Origin: Candidatus Staskawiczbacteria bacterium
GTDB taxonomy: Bacteria; Patescibacteriota; Minisyncoccia; Minisyncoccales; Staskawiczbacteraceae
Length of the DNA: 64,000 nt
Direction: 5' to 3'
Assembly (NCBI GenBank): GCA_016196125.1
Contig: JACPYG010000015.1
Location: 22,966 to 86,965 of the forward strand
The notes under the pieces were generated by a model. It did not search any database, was not told the DNA's origin, and saw only the letters and a list, made by a program, of their open reading frames with translations. Every line of letters begins with the position of its first letter. The stretch's first letter is position 1. This document shows, piece after piece, positions 44,264-54,746 of the stretch. The translations under genes and the position numbers were made by a program.

Positions 44264-44632
44264 TTACAATAATTCTGTTACCATCATGGCTATTTTATCG
44301 AAACCCTTATCTTTTAATTCTTTGGCTGTTGGTCCAAAAACTCTTCCGCCTCGAGGTAATTTGCCCTCGCCCAATATCACAACTGCGTTATCATCAAATC
44401 TTATATATGAACCATCGGTTCTTCTGTACGCTTTTTTTTGTCTAATAATTACTGCTTTAACTTTCTCATGCTTTTTAACTAACTTTCTCGGTTCTGCCTT
44501 TTTAACAGCAGCCACAATTATATCGCCCAGCTCGGCATATTTTTTACGCGTTCCGCCAAGCAAGCCAATACATTGGATAATTTTTGCTCCGCTATTGTCT
44601 GCGACTTTTAACATTGATCTTGGTTGAATCAT
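44264..44632 (-). CDS. rplN: 50S ribosomal protein L14
   Basis: MIQ...VADNSGAK, FDDNA. Confidence 0.96.
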   Translation of the reverse strand: MIQPRSMLKVADNSGAKIIQCIGLLGGTRKKYAELGDIIVAAVKKAEPRKLVKKHEKVKAVIIRQKKAYRRTDGSYIRFDDNAVVILGEGKLPRGGRVFGPTAKELKDKGFDKIAMMVTELL

Positions 44633-44641
44633 AGTATTGCC

Positions 44642-44875
44642 TTAAATCTTTCTAATTACTTTCCACTTTTTATCTTTGGAAATGGGCATGGTTTCTTCAA
44701 TAATAACACTGTCTCCTATATGGTATTCTTTATTTTCATCGTGGGCTTTGTATTTCTTATGGACTTTATACCTTCTTTTGTATTTTGGATGTTCTTTAAC
44801 CCTTTCAACATTTACCACTACGGTTTTTTCCATCTTATCTGAAATCACAATACCTTTTAATTTTTTCTTTGGCAT
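44642..44875 (-). CDS. rpsQ: 30S ribosomal protein S17
   Basis: SDKMEKT, HPKY, PISKDKKW. Confidence 0.95.
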   Translation of the reverse strand: MPKKKLKGIVISDKMEKTVVVNVERVKEHPKYKRRYKVHKKYKAHDENKEYHIGDSVIIEETMPISKDKKWKVIRKI

Positions 44876-44910
44876 ATTATTCTATTTCTTTTAGTATATC
44901 GCTACGTTAA

Positions 44911-45093
44911 TTACTCGTTAATTATAGTTAAAATTCTCGCTATTTCTTTTTTCGATTGGCTGATTTCTTTTACATTTTTCAATTTATTTGAAGAAAACTT
45001 AAACCTAAGTTCGCTTAATTTCTTTTTGATATCTTGGACTGATTTTTCTAATTCTTTTCTGTTTTTTTTACGAAGCTCTTTTGCAGTGTTCAT
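44911..45093 (-). CDS. rpmC: 50S ribosomal protein L29
   Basis: ELR...LRF...KKEIARILT; synteny. Confidence 0.9.
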   Translation of the reverse strand: MNTAKELRKKNRKELEKSVQDIKKKLSELRFKFSSNKLKNVKEISQSKKEIARILTIINE

Positions 45094-45094
45094 A

Positions 45095-45511
45095 TTAATC
45101 TCCTTTTTTAATAAATTTAGTTTTAATAGGCAATTTAATCCCTGCTCCTTTAAAAGCGGCTCTGGCTTCTGTTTCTTTTATGCCGTCTAATTCAAATATA
45201 ATGCGTCCTGGTCTAATAGGATAAACATAATGGTCAACACCGCCCTTGCCTCCGCCCATTCCAATTTCGGCTCCCTTGAAAGTTACTGGTTTGTCTGGAA
45301 AAATTCTTATCCAAAGCTTGCCTCCTTTTTTAAGATAGCGAATTATATATCTTCTTGAAGCTTCAAGCTGTCTGGCTGTAATCCATTTTGTACCCAAAGA
45401 TTTTAATCCAAAACTGCCAAAAACAATATCGGTGGCCCTGGTTTCAATTCCTTTTGACTTTCCTTTATGTTGCTTGCGGTGTTTAACTTTTTTTGGCATT
45501 AATATGCTCAT
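45095..45511 (-). CDS. rplP: 50S ribosomal protein L16
   Basis: PKKVKHRK, WIRIFPDKP, MGGGKG, KLPI. Confidence 0.95.
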   Translation of the reverse strand: MSILMPKKVKHRKQHKGKSKGIETRATDIVFGSFGLKSLGTKWITARQLEASRRYIIRYLKKGGKLWIRIFPDKPVTFKGAEIGMGGGKGGVDHYVYPIRPGRIIFELDGIKETEARAAFKGAGIKLPIKTKFIKKGD

Positions 45512-45523
45512 ATATAGAATAAC

Positions 45524-46207
45524 TTAATCAAATTTCTCTCCTTTATATATCCAAACTTTTACCTCAATAGCTCCATATGTACAATGAGCTTCTGTTTGAC
45601 TGTAATCAATATCTGCCCTAATGGTGTTTTTTGGCAATCTACCCTCTCTTAACCATTCTTTTCTGGCAATTTCAACTCCATTTAATCTTCCAGACAACTC
45701 TACTCTAACGCCTTTTGCTTCTTTGTTGCCCATAACTCTTTCTATGGATCTTTTCAAAACCTGACGAAATGGCACGCGCCTTTCAATTTGTTGAGCGGCC
45801 CATTGGGCCACAAGAGGAGCTGAAATCCATGGATTTTTTATTTCTTTAATTTCTATTTTTACCTCCCTGCCCGCCGAAGCTTTAGCGGAGGCGGGTCTTT
45901 TTGTACCACTAGTTTTTATCTCAAATATTTTTTTCTCTACCATCTGCCTTAAAACCTCTGCTCCGCTTCCTCCCCTGCCAATAATTATTCCCGGCCTGGC
46001 CGTTTCAATAATAATGCCCAGTTTACTGGCCGAATGCTCTATTTCAATATTAGCCACCGAAGCTTCCACTAACTTTTTTCTCAAAAAATCTTTAATTAGA
46101 AAATCTTCTTGAAGGAATTGAGACATTTTTTTGCCATAAAAACCCCTGATATTCCAATCTTCGGTTCCTCTTATCCTAAATGATTTTGGATGGACTTTAT
46201 GTGTCAT
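45524..46207 (-). CDS. rpsC: 30S ribosomal protein S3, with family B insertion
   Basis: HKVHP, ARPGIIIGRGG, SGRLNGVEIAR, RADIDY. Confidence 0.96.
   Translation of the reverse strand: MTHKVHPKSFRIRGTEDWNIRGFYGKKMSQFLQEDFLIKDFLRKKLVEASVANIEIEHSASKLGIIIETARPGIIIGRGGSGAEVLRQMVEKKIFEIKTSGTKRPASAKASAGREVKIEIKEIKNPWISAPLVAQWAAQQIERRVPFRQVLKRSIERVMGNKEAKGVRVELSGRLNGVEIARKEWLREGRLPKNTIRADIDYSQTEAHCTYGAIEVKVWIYKGEKFD
45866..45895. repeat. Family B palindrome in rpsC (PASAKASAGR)
   Basis: cctgcccgccgaagctttagcggaggcggg. Confidence 0.8.
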
Positions 46208-46232
46208 GATTATTCTAAAAATTTTTCTTGGC

Positions 46233-46688
46233 TTATTTTTTCGTTTTTATTTTTTTCTTAACTGATTTTTTCTGTTTTTTATATGTTGTTTCGGTTTTTG
46301 TTTCAGTTAATTTTTTTCCTCCAGACGGAGGATTGGCTGGACCCTCTTTTACAGGGCGAATCTCGCTTAAAACAATCGTTATGTGGGCGCTTCTTTTCAT
46401 TATGGGATAAGCTCTGCCGCGAGACATTGCGTGCCATCTTTTAAGAGTTGGGCCTTCGTCCACTGTGGTTTTTGATACATAAAGATTTTCTTCACCTATT
46501 TGAAAATCATGCTTTGCCGAAGCTGTGGCTGAATTCAAAAGTTTTAAAATCGGAGTAGCTGATTTTCTTGTGGCAAAAGAAAGCAAGACCTTGGCATCAA
46601 CTGCTGTTTTGCCTCTAATCAAATCAACAACCTCTCTGGCTTTTCTTGCTGTTACTCTTAAATGATTTAGCTTTACTGTTATTTCCAT
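46233..46688 (-). CDS. rplV: 50S ribosomal protein L22 with C-terminal extension
   Basis: RKAREVVDLIRG, VDEGP, RGRA, HITI. Confidence 0.95.
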   Translation of the reverse strand: MEITVKLNHLRVTARKAREVVDLIRGKTAVDAKVLLSFATRKSATPILKLLNSATASAKHDFQIGEENLYVSKTTVDEGPTLKRWHAMSRGRAYPIMKRSAHITIVLSEIRPVKEGPANPPSGGKKLTETKTETTYKKQKKSVKKKIKTKK

Positions 46689-46694
46689 AAATTT

Positions 46695-47030
46695 TTATTT
46701 CTTTATTGCTGTCTTTGCCGCTTCCGTTTTTACCGCTTCACCATCTCCTTTTTTCTGTTCTATTTCTCTTTGCATTTTTCCTCCGTGTCTTACGAATTTT
46801 GTTGTGGGGGAAAATTCTCCAAGCTTGTGACCCACCATATCTTCTGAAATATTAACCGGCACAAACTCTTTTCCGTTATGCACTCCAAAAATATAGCCTA
46901 CCATTTCCGGAGAAATTGTGGAATATCTTGCCCATGTTTTAATAATTAATTTTTCGTCCTTTCTGAGTTTTAATATCTTATCTATTAATTTTGGGTCAAC
47001 ATAAGGACCTTTTTTAAGACTTCTTGGCAT
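46695..47030 (-). CDS. rpsS: 30S ribosomal protein S19
   Basis: [22 protein letters not shown]. Confidence 0.96.
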   Translation of the reverse strand: MPRSLKKGPYVDPKLIDKILKLRKDEKLIIKTWARYSTISPEMVGYIFGVHNGKEFVPVNISEDMVGHKLGEFSPTTKFVRHGGKMQREIEQKKGDGEAVKTEAAKTAIKK

Positions 47031-47034
47031 ATTT

Positions 47035-47146
47035 TTTACTTTTTCCTCCTTTGAATTATATTATTAATTTTGTTATTCATATAATTCTGCACTCGGTCAA
47101 AGTAAATAATTAACAAATTATTTACTTTTTCCTCCTTTGAATTATA
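47035..47146 (-). repeat. 26-bp exact duplication of the rplB 3' end around a 60-bp spacer
   Basis: tttactttttcctcctttgaattata at 47035-47060 and 47121-47146. Confidence 0.85.
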
Positions 47147-47970
47147 AACTTATTTGTCCACTTTTTTGTATTTCTTGTTTTTACCCCCAAGGCTGGTTTT
47201 CCCCATGGAGTTTTTGGATGTTTTAAACCAATTGGCTGTCTGCCCTCTCCTCCTCCATGCGGATGGTCAACTGGATTCATAGCCGAACCCCTAACATGAG
47301 GCCTTCTCCCTTTTAATCTTGATTTACCTGCCTTACCAACCCTATAATATCTGTTTTCTGGATTTGAAACCATTCCTATGGAAGCAAAGCACTCGCTTAT
47401 AAATTTTCTTACTTCGGTTGACGGCATTTTCAGGTTAACGTAATTTCCCTCCTGAGCTAAAACCTGAGCCGAAGATCCTGCAGATCTTACTAACTTTCCT
47501 CCTTTGCCAGGCTCTAATTCAATATTATAAACCATTGTTCCAACCGTTATATTTTTTAACTTTACTCTATTTCCTGGTTTTAAAGGAGCTTTCTCGGAAA
47601 ATATAATCTCATCTCCAACTTTCAGGTCTTGTGGCGCAATAATATATTGCCTATATTTGCTATGCCTGCCGGCAGGCATGCCTAAATATTCTATCAGAGC
47701 GATAAAGGCCGTTCTGTTTGGATCATATTCCAAAGCAACAACTCGGGCTGGCGAATCTATTCTTGTTTGTGAAAATTCAATCATTCTATAAAGTTTTTTT
47801 ACTCCGCCTCCTTTGTGTCTTACCGTAATCCTGCCAGAAGACTTCGATCTGCCAACATGTCTTTTTATATTTGCCAAAAGACTCTTTTCTGATTTATCTT
47901 TTGAAAGCAATGAAAAATCGATTCCTGTCATTCCTCTTCTGCCTGACGTTGTTGGTTTATAATGTTTCAT
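47122..47970 (-). CDS. rplB: 50S ribosomal protein L2, with family A insertion
   Basis: EYDPNR, VRGSAMNPVDHPHGGGEG. Confidence 0.97.
   Translation of the reverse strand: MKHYKPTTSGRRGMTGIDFSLLSKDKSEKSLLANIKRHVGRSKSSGRITVRHKGGGVKKLYRMIEFSQTRIDSPARVVALEYDPNRTAFIALIEYLGMPAGRHSKYRQYIIAPQDLKVGDEIIFSEKAPLKPGNRVKLKNITVGTMVYNIELEPGKGGKLVRSAGSSAQVLAQEGNYVNLKMPSTEVRKFISECFASIGMVSNPENRYYRVGKAGKSRLKGRRPHVRGSAMNPVDHPHGGGEGRQPIGLKHPKTPWGKPALGVKTRNTKKWTNKFIIQRRKK
47662..47679. repeat. Family A 18-bp palindrome in rplB (MPAGRH)
   Basis: atgcctgccggcaggcat. Confidence 0.88.
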
Positions 47971-47972
47971 AA

Positions 47973-48389
47973 TTACAAAATTTCAATTTTCTGGCCGTTT
48001 TGTATTTTTACAATCGCTTTTGAATATCCCGCCTTGAACCCCTGAACCCTTCCTAATCTTCTTTTCTTTTTTGGTATTTTTATCATATTTACCGAAATAA
48101 CATTTACTCCATAAACGCCTTCTACCGCTTTTTTAATATCTATTTTGTTTGTGTTTGGATAAACTTTAAAAACATACTGATTGCCTTCTGATGACATTGT
48201 TGATTTTTCAGAAATATGAGGCTCTTTAACGGCGTCATAAGAAAAAAACGCAGTTTTTTTACTTTTAGGCAACACGACCGAAGCCTTGACAGGTTTATCT
48301 GCTTTCTTTAACTGCTTTTCTGCCTCTTTTACGACTGCCTTGGGTTTGGTAAAAGATGGTTTCTTTTTTAAAAAATCAAATAAAGCCAT
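47973..48389 (-). CDS. rplW: 50S ribosomal protein L23 with N-terminal extension
   Basis: PHISEKS, YVFKV, IKKAVE, KAIV. Confidence 0.93.
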   Translation of the reverse strand: MALFDFLKKKPSFTKPKAVVKEAEKQLKKADKPVKASVVLPKSKKTAFFSYDAVKEPHISEKSTMSSEGNQYVFKVYPNTNKIDIKKAVEGVYGVNVISVNMIKIPKKKRRLGRVQGFKAGYSKAIVKIQNGQKIEIL

Positions 48390-48416
48390 AAATTTATTTA
48401 ACGTAGCGACATATTT

Positions 48417-49046
48417 TTATTTCAAAAATGTTTTTTCTAAAGTTTTAATTGTGTCTTTTGACATTAACAAATACTTAAATGCCATTAAATCTATAACGTT
48501 CAAATTTCTCGCTTCGACTATGCCTGTTTTTTTTATATTTCTGGAAGATAAAAATAAATTTTTGTCATACTCCGGCAAAGCAATCAAACAACTATTTTCT
48601 TTGCATGGCAGTTTGTTTAAAGTTTTTGCTATCTCTTTTGTTTTTGGCTTATCTGCCTGGATTTTATCTAAAACAACCAACAAGTCGCCTTTGGCTTTTT
48701 CTGAAAGAACCATAAACAGCGCCTTTCTCCTCATTTTTTTAGGAACGTCTTTTTCGAACACCCTTTCTTTTCTTGGACCAAAAGTGATGCCTCCGCCTCT
48801 CCAAATAGGCGACCTAATTGAGCCATGTCTTGCCCTGCCTGTTCCTTTTTGCCTCCATGGCTTTTTGCCTCCGCCTCTTACTTCGCTTCTATCTTTTGTA
48901 TGGGCTGTAATTTGCCTCTTATTTGCCATTTGTGAAACAACAACCTGGTGCAATAAATCAGAGTTCAATTTAACATCAAAAATCCCCTTTGGCAAGGAAA
49001 CTGAATCAACTTCTTTTCCTTCTTTATTGTAAACTGTTGCTTTCAT
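48417..49046 (-). CDS. rplD: 50S ribosomal protein L4
   Basis: GGGKKPWRQKGTGRARHGS. Confidence 0.96.
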   Translation of the reverse strand: MKATVYNKEGKEVDSVSLPKGIFDVKLNSDLLHQVVVSQMANKRQITAHTKDRSEVRGGGKKPWRQKGTGRARHGSIRSPIWRGGGITFGPRKERVFEKDVPKKMRRKALFMVLSEKAKGDLLVVLDKIQADKPKTKEIAKTLNKLPCKENSCLIALPEYDKNLFLSSRNIKKTGIVEARNLNVIDLMAFKYLLMSKDTIKTLEKTFLK

Positions 49047-49058
49047 AATAATAAAATT

Positions 49059-49649
49059 TTATCCTCTAATCTCAAGCAAAGTTCCCCTATGTCCCGGTAT
49101 TGCTCCTTTTACTGCCAACAAGTTATTTTCTTTATCAATTTTGGCTATTTTTAAATTTTTTACAGACACTCTTTCATAGCCCATTCGACCTGGCATTCTT
49201 CTTCCTTTAATAACTCTCTGCGGAAAACGGCTTCCCGTAGATCCTATTGTTCTTTGTTCGTGTTTTACTCCATGAGTGGCATTTCTTCCGGAAAAACCGT
49301 GCCTTTTTACTCCACCCTGAAATCCTTTTCCTTTTGAAATTCCCGAAACTTTTATCTTGTCGCCCTCATTAAATATTGAAACATTTATTTCATCACCGGT
49401 ATTATATTTTGAAATATCTATGTCTCCTTTAAATTCTTTAACAAACTTATATTCTTTCCCTTTCATAGATTTTTTAATTTTATTTTTTTTCTCTAACCTT
49501 TTCATGCCAACCTGAATAGATTCATATCCATCTCTTTTTTTCTGTAAAACATAACAAGGGCCTCCCAAAATTAAAGTAACCGGTATTACCTTGCCATCAT
49601 TATCAAATATTTGCGTCATTCCTATTTTTTGTCCTAAAATAAACTTCAT
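49059..49649 (-). CDS. rplC: 50S ribosomal protein L3
   Basis: KIGMTQIF, SKGKGFQG, MPGRMG, KGAIPG; true start MKFI. Confidence 0.96.
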   Translation of the reverse strand: MKFILGQKIGMTQIFDNDGKVIPVTLILGGPCYVLQKKRDGYESIQVGMKRLEKKNKIKKSMKGKEYKFVKEFKGDIDISKYNTGDEINVSIFNEGDKIKVSGISKGKGFQGGVKRHGFSGRNATHGVKHEQRTIGSTGSRFPQRVIKGRRMPGRMGYERVSVKNLKIAKIDKENNLLAVKGAIPGHRGTLLEIRG

Positions 49650-49724
49650 GAAACATGAAACATAAAACATGGAACAAAACGAAGATATATTATTGTTATG
49701 TGTTCTATGTTGTGTGTTATGTGA
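49647..49724. repeat. Inverted heptamer-repeat array H5, near-identical arms to H3
   Basis: catgaaa catgaaa cataaaa catggaa ... tgttatg tgttcta tgttgtg tgttatg. Confidence 0.85.
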
Positions 49725-49828
49725 TTAATAATGAAAAACTGGGCGATTGCCCAGCTTCGGCAATGTTGTTACCCCCGCAATGGCGGGGGAAGTTAACAAT
49801 TGAACGATTTTTAATATATTTGCTTGTA

Positions 49829-50266
49829 TTATATTTTAATCGCAATATCAACTCCAGAAGGTAAATTCAAATCCCTTAGAGCTTCTATAATCTCTTGGTT
49901 CGGAGTTAATATATCAATCATTCTTTTATGTACCCTCATCTCAAACTGTTCTCTGGCGTTTTTATGAACAAAAGTCGATCTGTTTACGGTAAATTTTAAA
50001 ACTTCTGCAGGCAAAGGAACAGGACCTATCACTTCAACTCCATAACGATTTGCTATATCAATTATCTGCCTGGCCGAATTATCTATAATCTTATGATCAT
50101 AAGACCTAAGCTTTATCCTAAGTTTAGGTTTTACATCTTCAGACATATTCTTTCCTTCTTCTAGAAGAATATTTGCTTTAATACCCGTTTCTTTAGATGG
50201 CTTTTTTACTGCCTGCCTGCCGGCAGGCATTGCTTTCTTTCGAATTGCTGGTTTCTTGACTGGCAT
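49829..50266 (-). CDS. rpsJ: 30S ribosomal protein S10 with N-terminal extension (start uncertain)
   Basis: RIKLRSYDH, GPVPLP, REQFEMRVHKR. Confidence 0.95.
   Translation of the reverse strand: MPVKKPAIRKKAMPAGRQAVKKPSKETGIKANILLEEGKNMSEDVKPKLRIKLRSYDHKIIDNSARQIIDIANRYGVEVIGPVPLPAEVLKFTVNRSTFVHKNAREQFEMRVHKRMIDILTPNQEIIEALRDLNLPSGVDIAIKI
50211..50230. repeat. Family A palindrome in rpsJ extension (MPAGRQA)
   Basis: gcctgcctgccggcaggcat. Confidence 0.85.
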
Positions 50267-50301
50267 CTTATGATTTTATGAACGAAGTGAATAATATCAT
50301 G

Positions 50302-50370
50302 ACCCCGCCCTCCAAGCTTTTGATTTTATTCATTTAGCATAGAGGGCGGGGCAAGCTCGCCATCGCTCAC
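50302..50370. repeat. CCCCGCCC/GGGCGGGG hairpin element, copy after tuf stop
   Basis: accccgccctc...ttagcatagagggcggggcaagctcgccatcgctcac. Confidence 0.75.
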
Positions 50371-51564
50371 TTACTTTATAATTTTTGTTACTACTCCGGC
50401 TCCTACTGTTTTACCGCCTTCACGGATTGCAAATCTTTTGCCTTCTTCTAAAGCGGCTGGAGCTATCAACTTTACTTTCAAATTAGCCGTATCACCTGGC
50501 ATTACCATTTCGGTTCCCTCTTTCAATGAAACATCTCCGGTAATATCTGAAGTTCCTATAAATAGCTGGGGTTTGTATCCAGTGAAAAATGGCGTGTGAC
50601 GACCTCCTTCTTCTTTTGTTAAAACATAAACTTCTCCCTCAAACTCTGTATGAGGAGTAAGAGAACCTGGCTTTGCCAATACCTGGCCTCTTTCAACATC
50701 ATCTTTTTTCAATCCTCTTAGCAAAATACCGACGTTCTCGCCTGCGCGTCCTTCGTCTAAGCTCTTTTGGAACATTTCAACAGAAACTACCACTGTTTTT
50801 TGTGTTGGCCTGATACCCACTATTTCAACTTCATCATTTGGATGGATAATTCCTCTTTCAATTCTGCCGGTAACAACTGTTCCCCTTCCTTCAATTGAAA
50901 AGACATCTTCAATAGACATGGCAAATGGCTTATCCAATTCCCTTACTGGTTCTGGAATATAATTATCCACCGCATCAAGTAATTCTGTTATGCATTTTGT
51001 GCTTTGGTCATCAATGGAAGTGGCTTCTAACGCCTTTAATGCAGAACCTCTGATTATAGGGATTTCGTCACCTGGGTATCTGTATTTTTTTAATAATTCC
51101 CTGACTTCTGATTCAACTAAATCCAAGATTTCCGGATCATCAACCATATCAACTTTATTCATAAATACAACCAACGATGGCAATCCTACCTGGCGGGCCA
51201 AAAGAATATGCTCTTTAGTTTGAGGCATTGGTCCATCTGGGGCTGAAACTAACAAAATTCCACCGTCCATTTGAGCGGCTCCCGTAATCATATTTTTAAT
51301 ATAATCAGCGTGGCCTGGACAATCAATTAAAGCATAATGCCTTTTTGCTGTTTCAAATTCCAAGTGTGTAATTGAAATAGTCACGCCTCTTTGTTTCTCT
51401 TCCGGAGCCGAATCAATCTGGTCTACTCCTTTTTCAGAAGACCTAAAACCTCGCAATTGTGAAACTTTCATAATTGCGGCAGACAAAGTGGTTTTGCCGT
51501 GGTCAACATGACCGATAGTGCCGATGTTTACATGAGGTTTGGACCTCTCAAATTTTTCTGCCAT
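50371..51564 (-). CDS. tuf: Elongation factor Tu
   Basis: [31 protein letters not shown]. Confidence 0.98.
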   Translation of the reverse strand: MAEKFERSKPHVNIGTIGHVDHGKTTLSAAIMKVSQLRGFRSSEKGVDQIDSAPEEKQRGVTISITHLEFETAKRHYALIDCPGHADYIKNMITGAAQMDGGILLVSAPDGPMPQTKEHILLARQVGLPSLVVFMNKVDMVDDPEILDLVESEVRELLKKYRYPGDEIPIIRGSALKALEATSIDDQSTKCITELLDAVDNYIPEPVRELDKPFAMSIEDVFSIEGRGTVVTGRIERGIIHPNDEVEIVGIRPTQKTVVVSVEMFQKSLDEGRAGENVGILLRGLKKDDVERGQVLAKPGSLTPHTEFEGEVYVLTKEEGGRHTPFFTGYKPQLFIGTSDITGDVSLKEGTEMVMPGDTANLKVKLIAPAALEEGKRFAIREGGKTVGAGVVTKIIK

Positions 51565-51606
51565 TTTTTTATATTGAATTAATTAATATTATTTTATATG
51601 TTTGTC

Positions 51607-51635
51607 ATTGTATTACAATTATTTAAACAAGTCAA
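51607..51635 (-). promoter_or_regulatory. Sigma70-type promoter upstream of tuf
   Basis: TTGACT-N17-TACAAT. Confidence 0.65.
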
Positions 51636-51648
51636 GGTTTTTTGAAAA

Positions 51649-53724
51649 CTATTGTCTCTTTCCATCAACAATTTCCTGCGCTATGTTTTCTGGCACTTTT
51701 TCATAACTGTTGAATTCCATCGTAAACGATGCCCTTCCTTCTGTAAGCGACCTTAATGATGTGGCGTAGCCAAACATTTCGGATAAAGGAACTATGGCAT
51801 CAATTACTTTCATGCCAACTCTTTCTTTTGTTTCTTCAATTTTACCTCTTCTTGAAGAGATATCTGAAATAGCTTGGCCGAAAAAGTCAGGCGGCGTTAT
51901 AACTTCGGTTTTCATAACCGGTTCCAGTATAATAACTTTTGCTTTTTTGGCGGCTTCTTGCAAAGCCATAGACCCTGCAATTTTGAAAGCAAACTCCGAA
52001 GAATCAACATCGTGGAAACTTCCGTCAAATAAGGTAACTTCTATATCAACCAAAGGATATCCCGCTAAAATACCTTTATCCATTGCCTCAACAACGCCTT
52101 TTTCTACCGGCTTTATAAACTCTTTTGGAATAGTTCCTCCTTTAATTTCATCAACAAACTCAAAACCAGCCCCTCTTTCTTTTGGCTTGACTCTTAACAA
52201 TACGTGGCCGTATTGGCCTTTGCCTCCCGATTGGCGGATATATTTTGATTCTGCCTCTGCTTCTCCTAAAATAGTTTCTTTGTATGCAACCTGAGGCCTG
52301 CCATAATTAGCATCAACCTTAAATTCTCTCTTCAACCTGTCTGCTATAATATCCAAATGTAATTCTCCCATGCCAGAAATAATTGTCTCTCCGGTTTCCA
52401 AATCTTCTTTTATTCTAAATGTCGGGTCTTCTTCGGTAAGCTTTCTGATAGACATAATAAGCTTTTCCTGGTCAGCTTTAGTTTTTGGCTCAACTCTAAT
52501 TCCAATAACTGGCTCTGGAAATACGATTTTTTCAAGCATTATTGGACTAGCTTTATCGCAAAGCGTATGGCCGGTGCTTGTGGCTTTTAGCCCGACAGTG
52601 GCTCCAATTTCTCCTGCATACAGCACATCCACATCCTGCCTTTCATCGGCATGCATTCTTAAAATACGGCTGATTCTCTCTTGTTCTCCAGTATTTGCAT
52701 TTAAAACATAAGACCCCTTAGTTAAACTCCCGGAGTATACTCTAAAATAGGTTAAAGTTCCAACATATGGGTCTGTGGCAATTTTAAAAACTAAAGCAGA
52801 AAAAGGTTCAAAATCTTGGGGTTTCCTTTCAATAGCGGCTCCTGTTTTAAGATCAGTTCCTACTGTCGCTAAAACTTCTGATGGCGAAGGCAAATAATCA
52901 ATAATTGCGTCTAAAACCGACTGGATCCCTTTGTTTTTTAAAGCGCTGCCGCAAAAAACAGGAACTAATTTATAAGCCAGAGAAGCTTTTCTTAAGGTAT
53001 TTTTTAATTCATCTTCTGATATTTCTTTTTTTTCTAAAAATTTCTCCACAAGTTCATTGTCTTCCGAGGCAATTCTTTCTACCATTTTTGCTCTCCATAT
53101 TTCGGATTTTTCTTTCATATCGTCTGGAATATCTTTCTCAACAACATCTTTGCCCTTTTCTCCTTCAAAATAAAGCGCTTTCATTTTTATTAAATCAATT
53201 ATGGCAGAAAGCTTTTCTTCTTCTCCTATTGGAATCTGCAAAGCCACCGCGTTTGGAGTTAATTTGTCCAAAATTGATTGGAAACTCTTTTCAAAAGAGG
53301 CCCCCATTCTATCTAATTTATTGATCAAACAAATTCTGGGAACCATGTATTTGTCTGCCTGCCGCCAAACCGTTTCTGATTGGGGTTCCACTCCGGCGAC
53401 TCCGTCAAAAACAACAACTGCTCCGTCTAAAACCCTTAAAGACCTTTGAACTTCGGCAGTAAAATCAATATGGCCGGGGGTGTCAATTAAGTTCATTTGG
53501 ACGCCTTTCCAATACATAGTTGTGGCGGCGGCTGTAATTGTGATTCCTCTTTCTCTTTCTTGCACCATCCAATCCATCACGGTATCGCCTTCGTGTACCT
53601 CTCCAATTTTATGAGAAATTCCCGTATAAAACAAAAGCCGCTCGGAAACCGTTGTTTTCCCGGCGTCAATATGGGCTATAATTCCGATGTTTCTTAATTT
53701 TTCTATTGGATATTGTCGTGCCAT
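51649..53724 (-). CDS. fusA: Elongation factor G
   Basis: [33 protein letters not shown]. Confidence 0.98.
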   Translation of the reverse strand: MARQYPIEKLRNIGIIAHIDAGKTTVSERLLFYTGISHKIGEVHEGDTVMDWMVQERERGITITAAATTMYWKGVQMNLIDTPGHIDFTAEVQRSLRVLDGAVVVFDGVAGVEPQSETVWRQADKYMVPRICLINKLDRMGASFEKSFQSILDKLTPNAVALQIPIGEEEKLSAIIDLIKMKALYFEGEKGKDVVEKDIPDDMKEKSEIWRAKMVERIASEDNELVEKFLEKKEISEDELKNTLRKASLAYKLVPVFCGSALKNKGIQSVLDAIIDYLPSPSEVLATVGTDLKTGAAIERKPQDFEPFSALVFKIATDPYVGTLTYFRVYSGSLTKGSYVLNANTGEQERISRILRMHADERQDVDVLYAGEIGATVGLKATSTGHTLCDKASPIMLEKIVFPEPVIGIRVEPKTKADQEKLIMSIRKLTEEDPTFRIKEDLETGETIISGMGELHLDIIADRLKREFKVDANYGRPQVAYKETILGEAEAESKYIRQSGGKGQYGHVLLRVKPKERGAGFEFVDEIKGGTIPKEFIKPVEKGVVEAMDKGILAGYPLVDIEVTLFDGSFHDVDSSEFAFKIAGSMALQEAAKKAKVIILEPVMKTEVITPPDFFGQAISDISSRRGKIEETKERVGMKVIDAIVPLSEMFGYATSLRSLTEGRASFTMEFNSYEKVPENIAQEIVDGKRQ

Positions 53725-53726
53725 AT

Positions 53727-54191
53727 CTATCTCGCAAAATGCGCAAATGCTTTGTTTGCTTCGGCCATTCTATGGGTATCGTTTTTCTTTTTTAGGGCTA
53801 GACCTTCATTATTTGACGCATCAATTAACTCTTGGCTAAGCCGTTCAGCCATTGGCTTTCCTTTTTTTGACCTGGCGCCCAAAAGTATCCATCTTATGGC
53901 CAAAGCCAACCTTCTTTCTCCTCTTACTTCTATTGGCACCTGATAAGTAGCCCCTCCAATTCTTTTTGCCTTTACCTCTAAAAGAGGAGAGGCATTTTCA
54001 ATTGCCAAACGAAACACCTCCAATGGCTCTTTTTTTGTTTTTTCCCTGATTATATCAAAAGCGCCATAAACAATTTTTTGGGCAATTGTCTTTTTGCCTT
54101 TTTCCATTACCTTATTTATAAACTGTGAAATTACAACATCGTTATAAACTCGGTCTGGGGCTATTTTGTGTTTTTTATATACTCTGCGCAT
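53727..54191 (-). CDS. rpsG: 30S ribosomal protein S7
   Basis: [26 protein letters not shown]. Confidence 0.97.
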   Translation of the reverse strand: MRRVYKKHKIAPDRVYNDVVISQFINKVMEKGKKTIAQKIVYGAFDIIREKTKKEPLEVFRLAIENASPLLEVKAKRIGGATYQVPIEVRGERRLALAIRWILLGARSKKGKPMAERLSQELIDASNNEGLALKKKNDTHRMAEANKAFAHFAR

Positions 54192-54237
54192 TCTAATTAT
54201 CTTTTAATATTATAGAGAGGAAATAATGATAAAAATT

Positions 54238-54657
54238 TTATTTATTTTCTTTTGGAGCTTTTGTTCCGTATCTGCTTCTGCCTTGCTTTCTATTTTCAAC
54301 TCCGGCTGTATCTAAAATACCCCTGACAATATGGTATCTTACTCCTGGTAAATCTTTTACTCTTCCGCCTCTAATCATAACTACAGAGTGTTCTTGCAAA
54401 TTATGACCTTCTCCTGCAATATATGCCGTAACTTCCATTCCATTAGAAAGTTTAACTCTGGCTACTTTTCTTTGAGCTGAATTTGGTTTTCTGGGAGTTC
54501 TCGTAAAAACTTTAATACAAACGCCTCTCTTAAACGGAGAAGAATAATGCGATGGCCTGTTTTTTAAAACGTTAAAACCAAAACCAAGCGCAACTGTTTT
54601 TTTGGCTTTTTTAACTTTTTTTCTTCCTTTTTTAATAAGTTGGTGAATTGTTGGCAT
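54238..54657 (-). CDS. rpsL: 30S ribosomal protein S12
   Basis: [25 protein letters not shown]. Confidence 0.97.
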   Translation of the reverse strand: MPTIHQLIKKGRKKVKKAKKTVALGFGFNVLKNRPSHYSSPFKRGVCIKVFTRTPRKPNSAQRKVARVKLSNGMEVTAYIAGEGHNLQEHSVVMIRGGRVKDLPGVRYHIVRGILDTAGVENRKQGRSRYGTKAPKENK

Positions 54658-54746
54658 GACTTTTTACCGCTCTGTTAAAAAATAAAGCGCTAAGCGCTAT
54701 TAGTAATGGTCAGCTTATCAAATATTTTAAAAATAGTCAACTATTT

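Noticed and set aside
48320..48362. PSFTKPKA peptide in the L23 extension resembling family B
   Set aside because: DNA lacks the agctttagcg core and a clear stem
32605..49670. N-terminal extensions in the ORF track for rpsM, rplF, rpsH and rplC
   Set aside because: They come from upstream starts inside repeat elements; canonical starts lie downstream
26284..49724. CRISPR array interpretation of the repeats
   Set aside because: No constant repeat with unique spacers and no cas genes in the window
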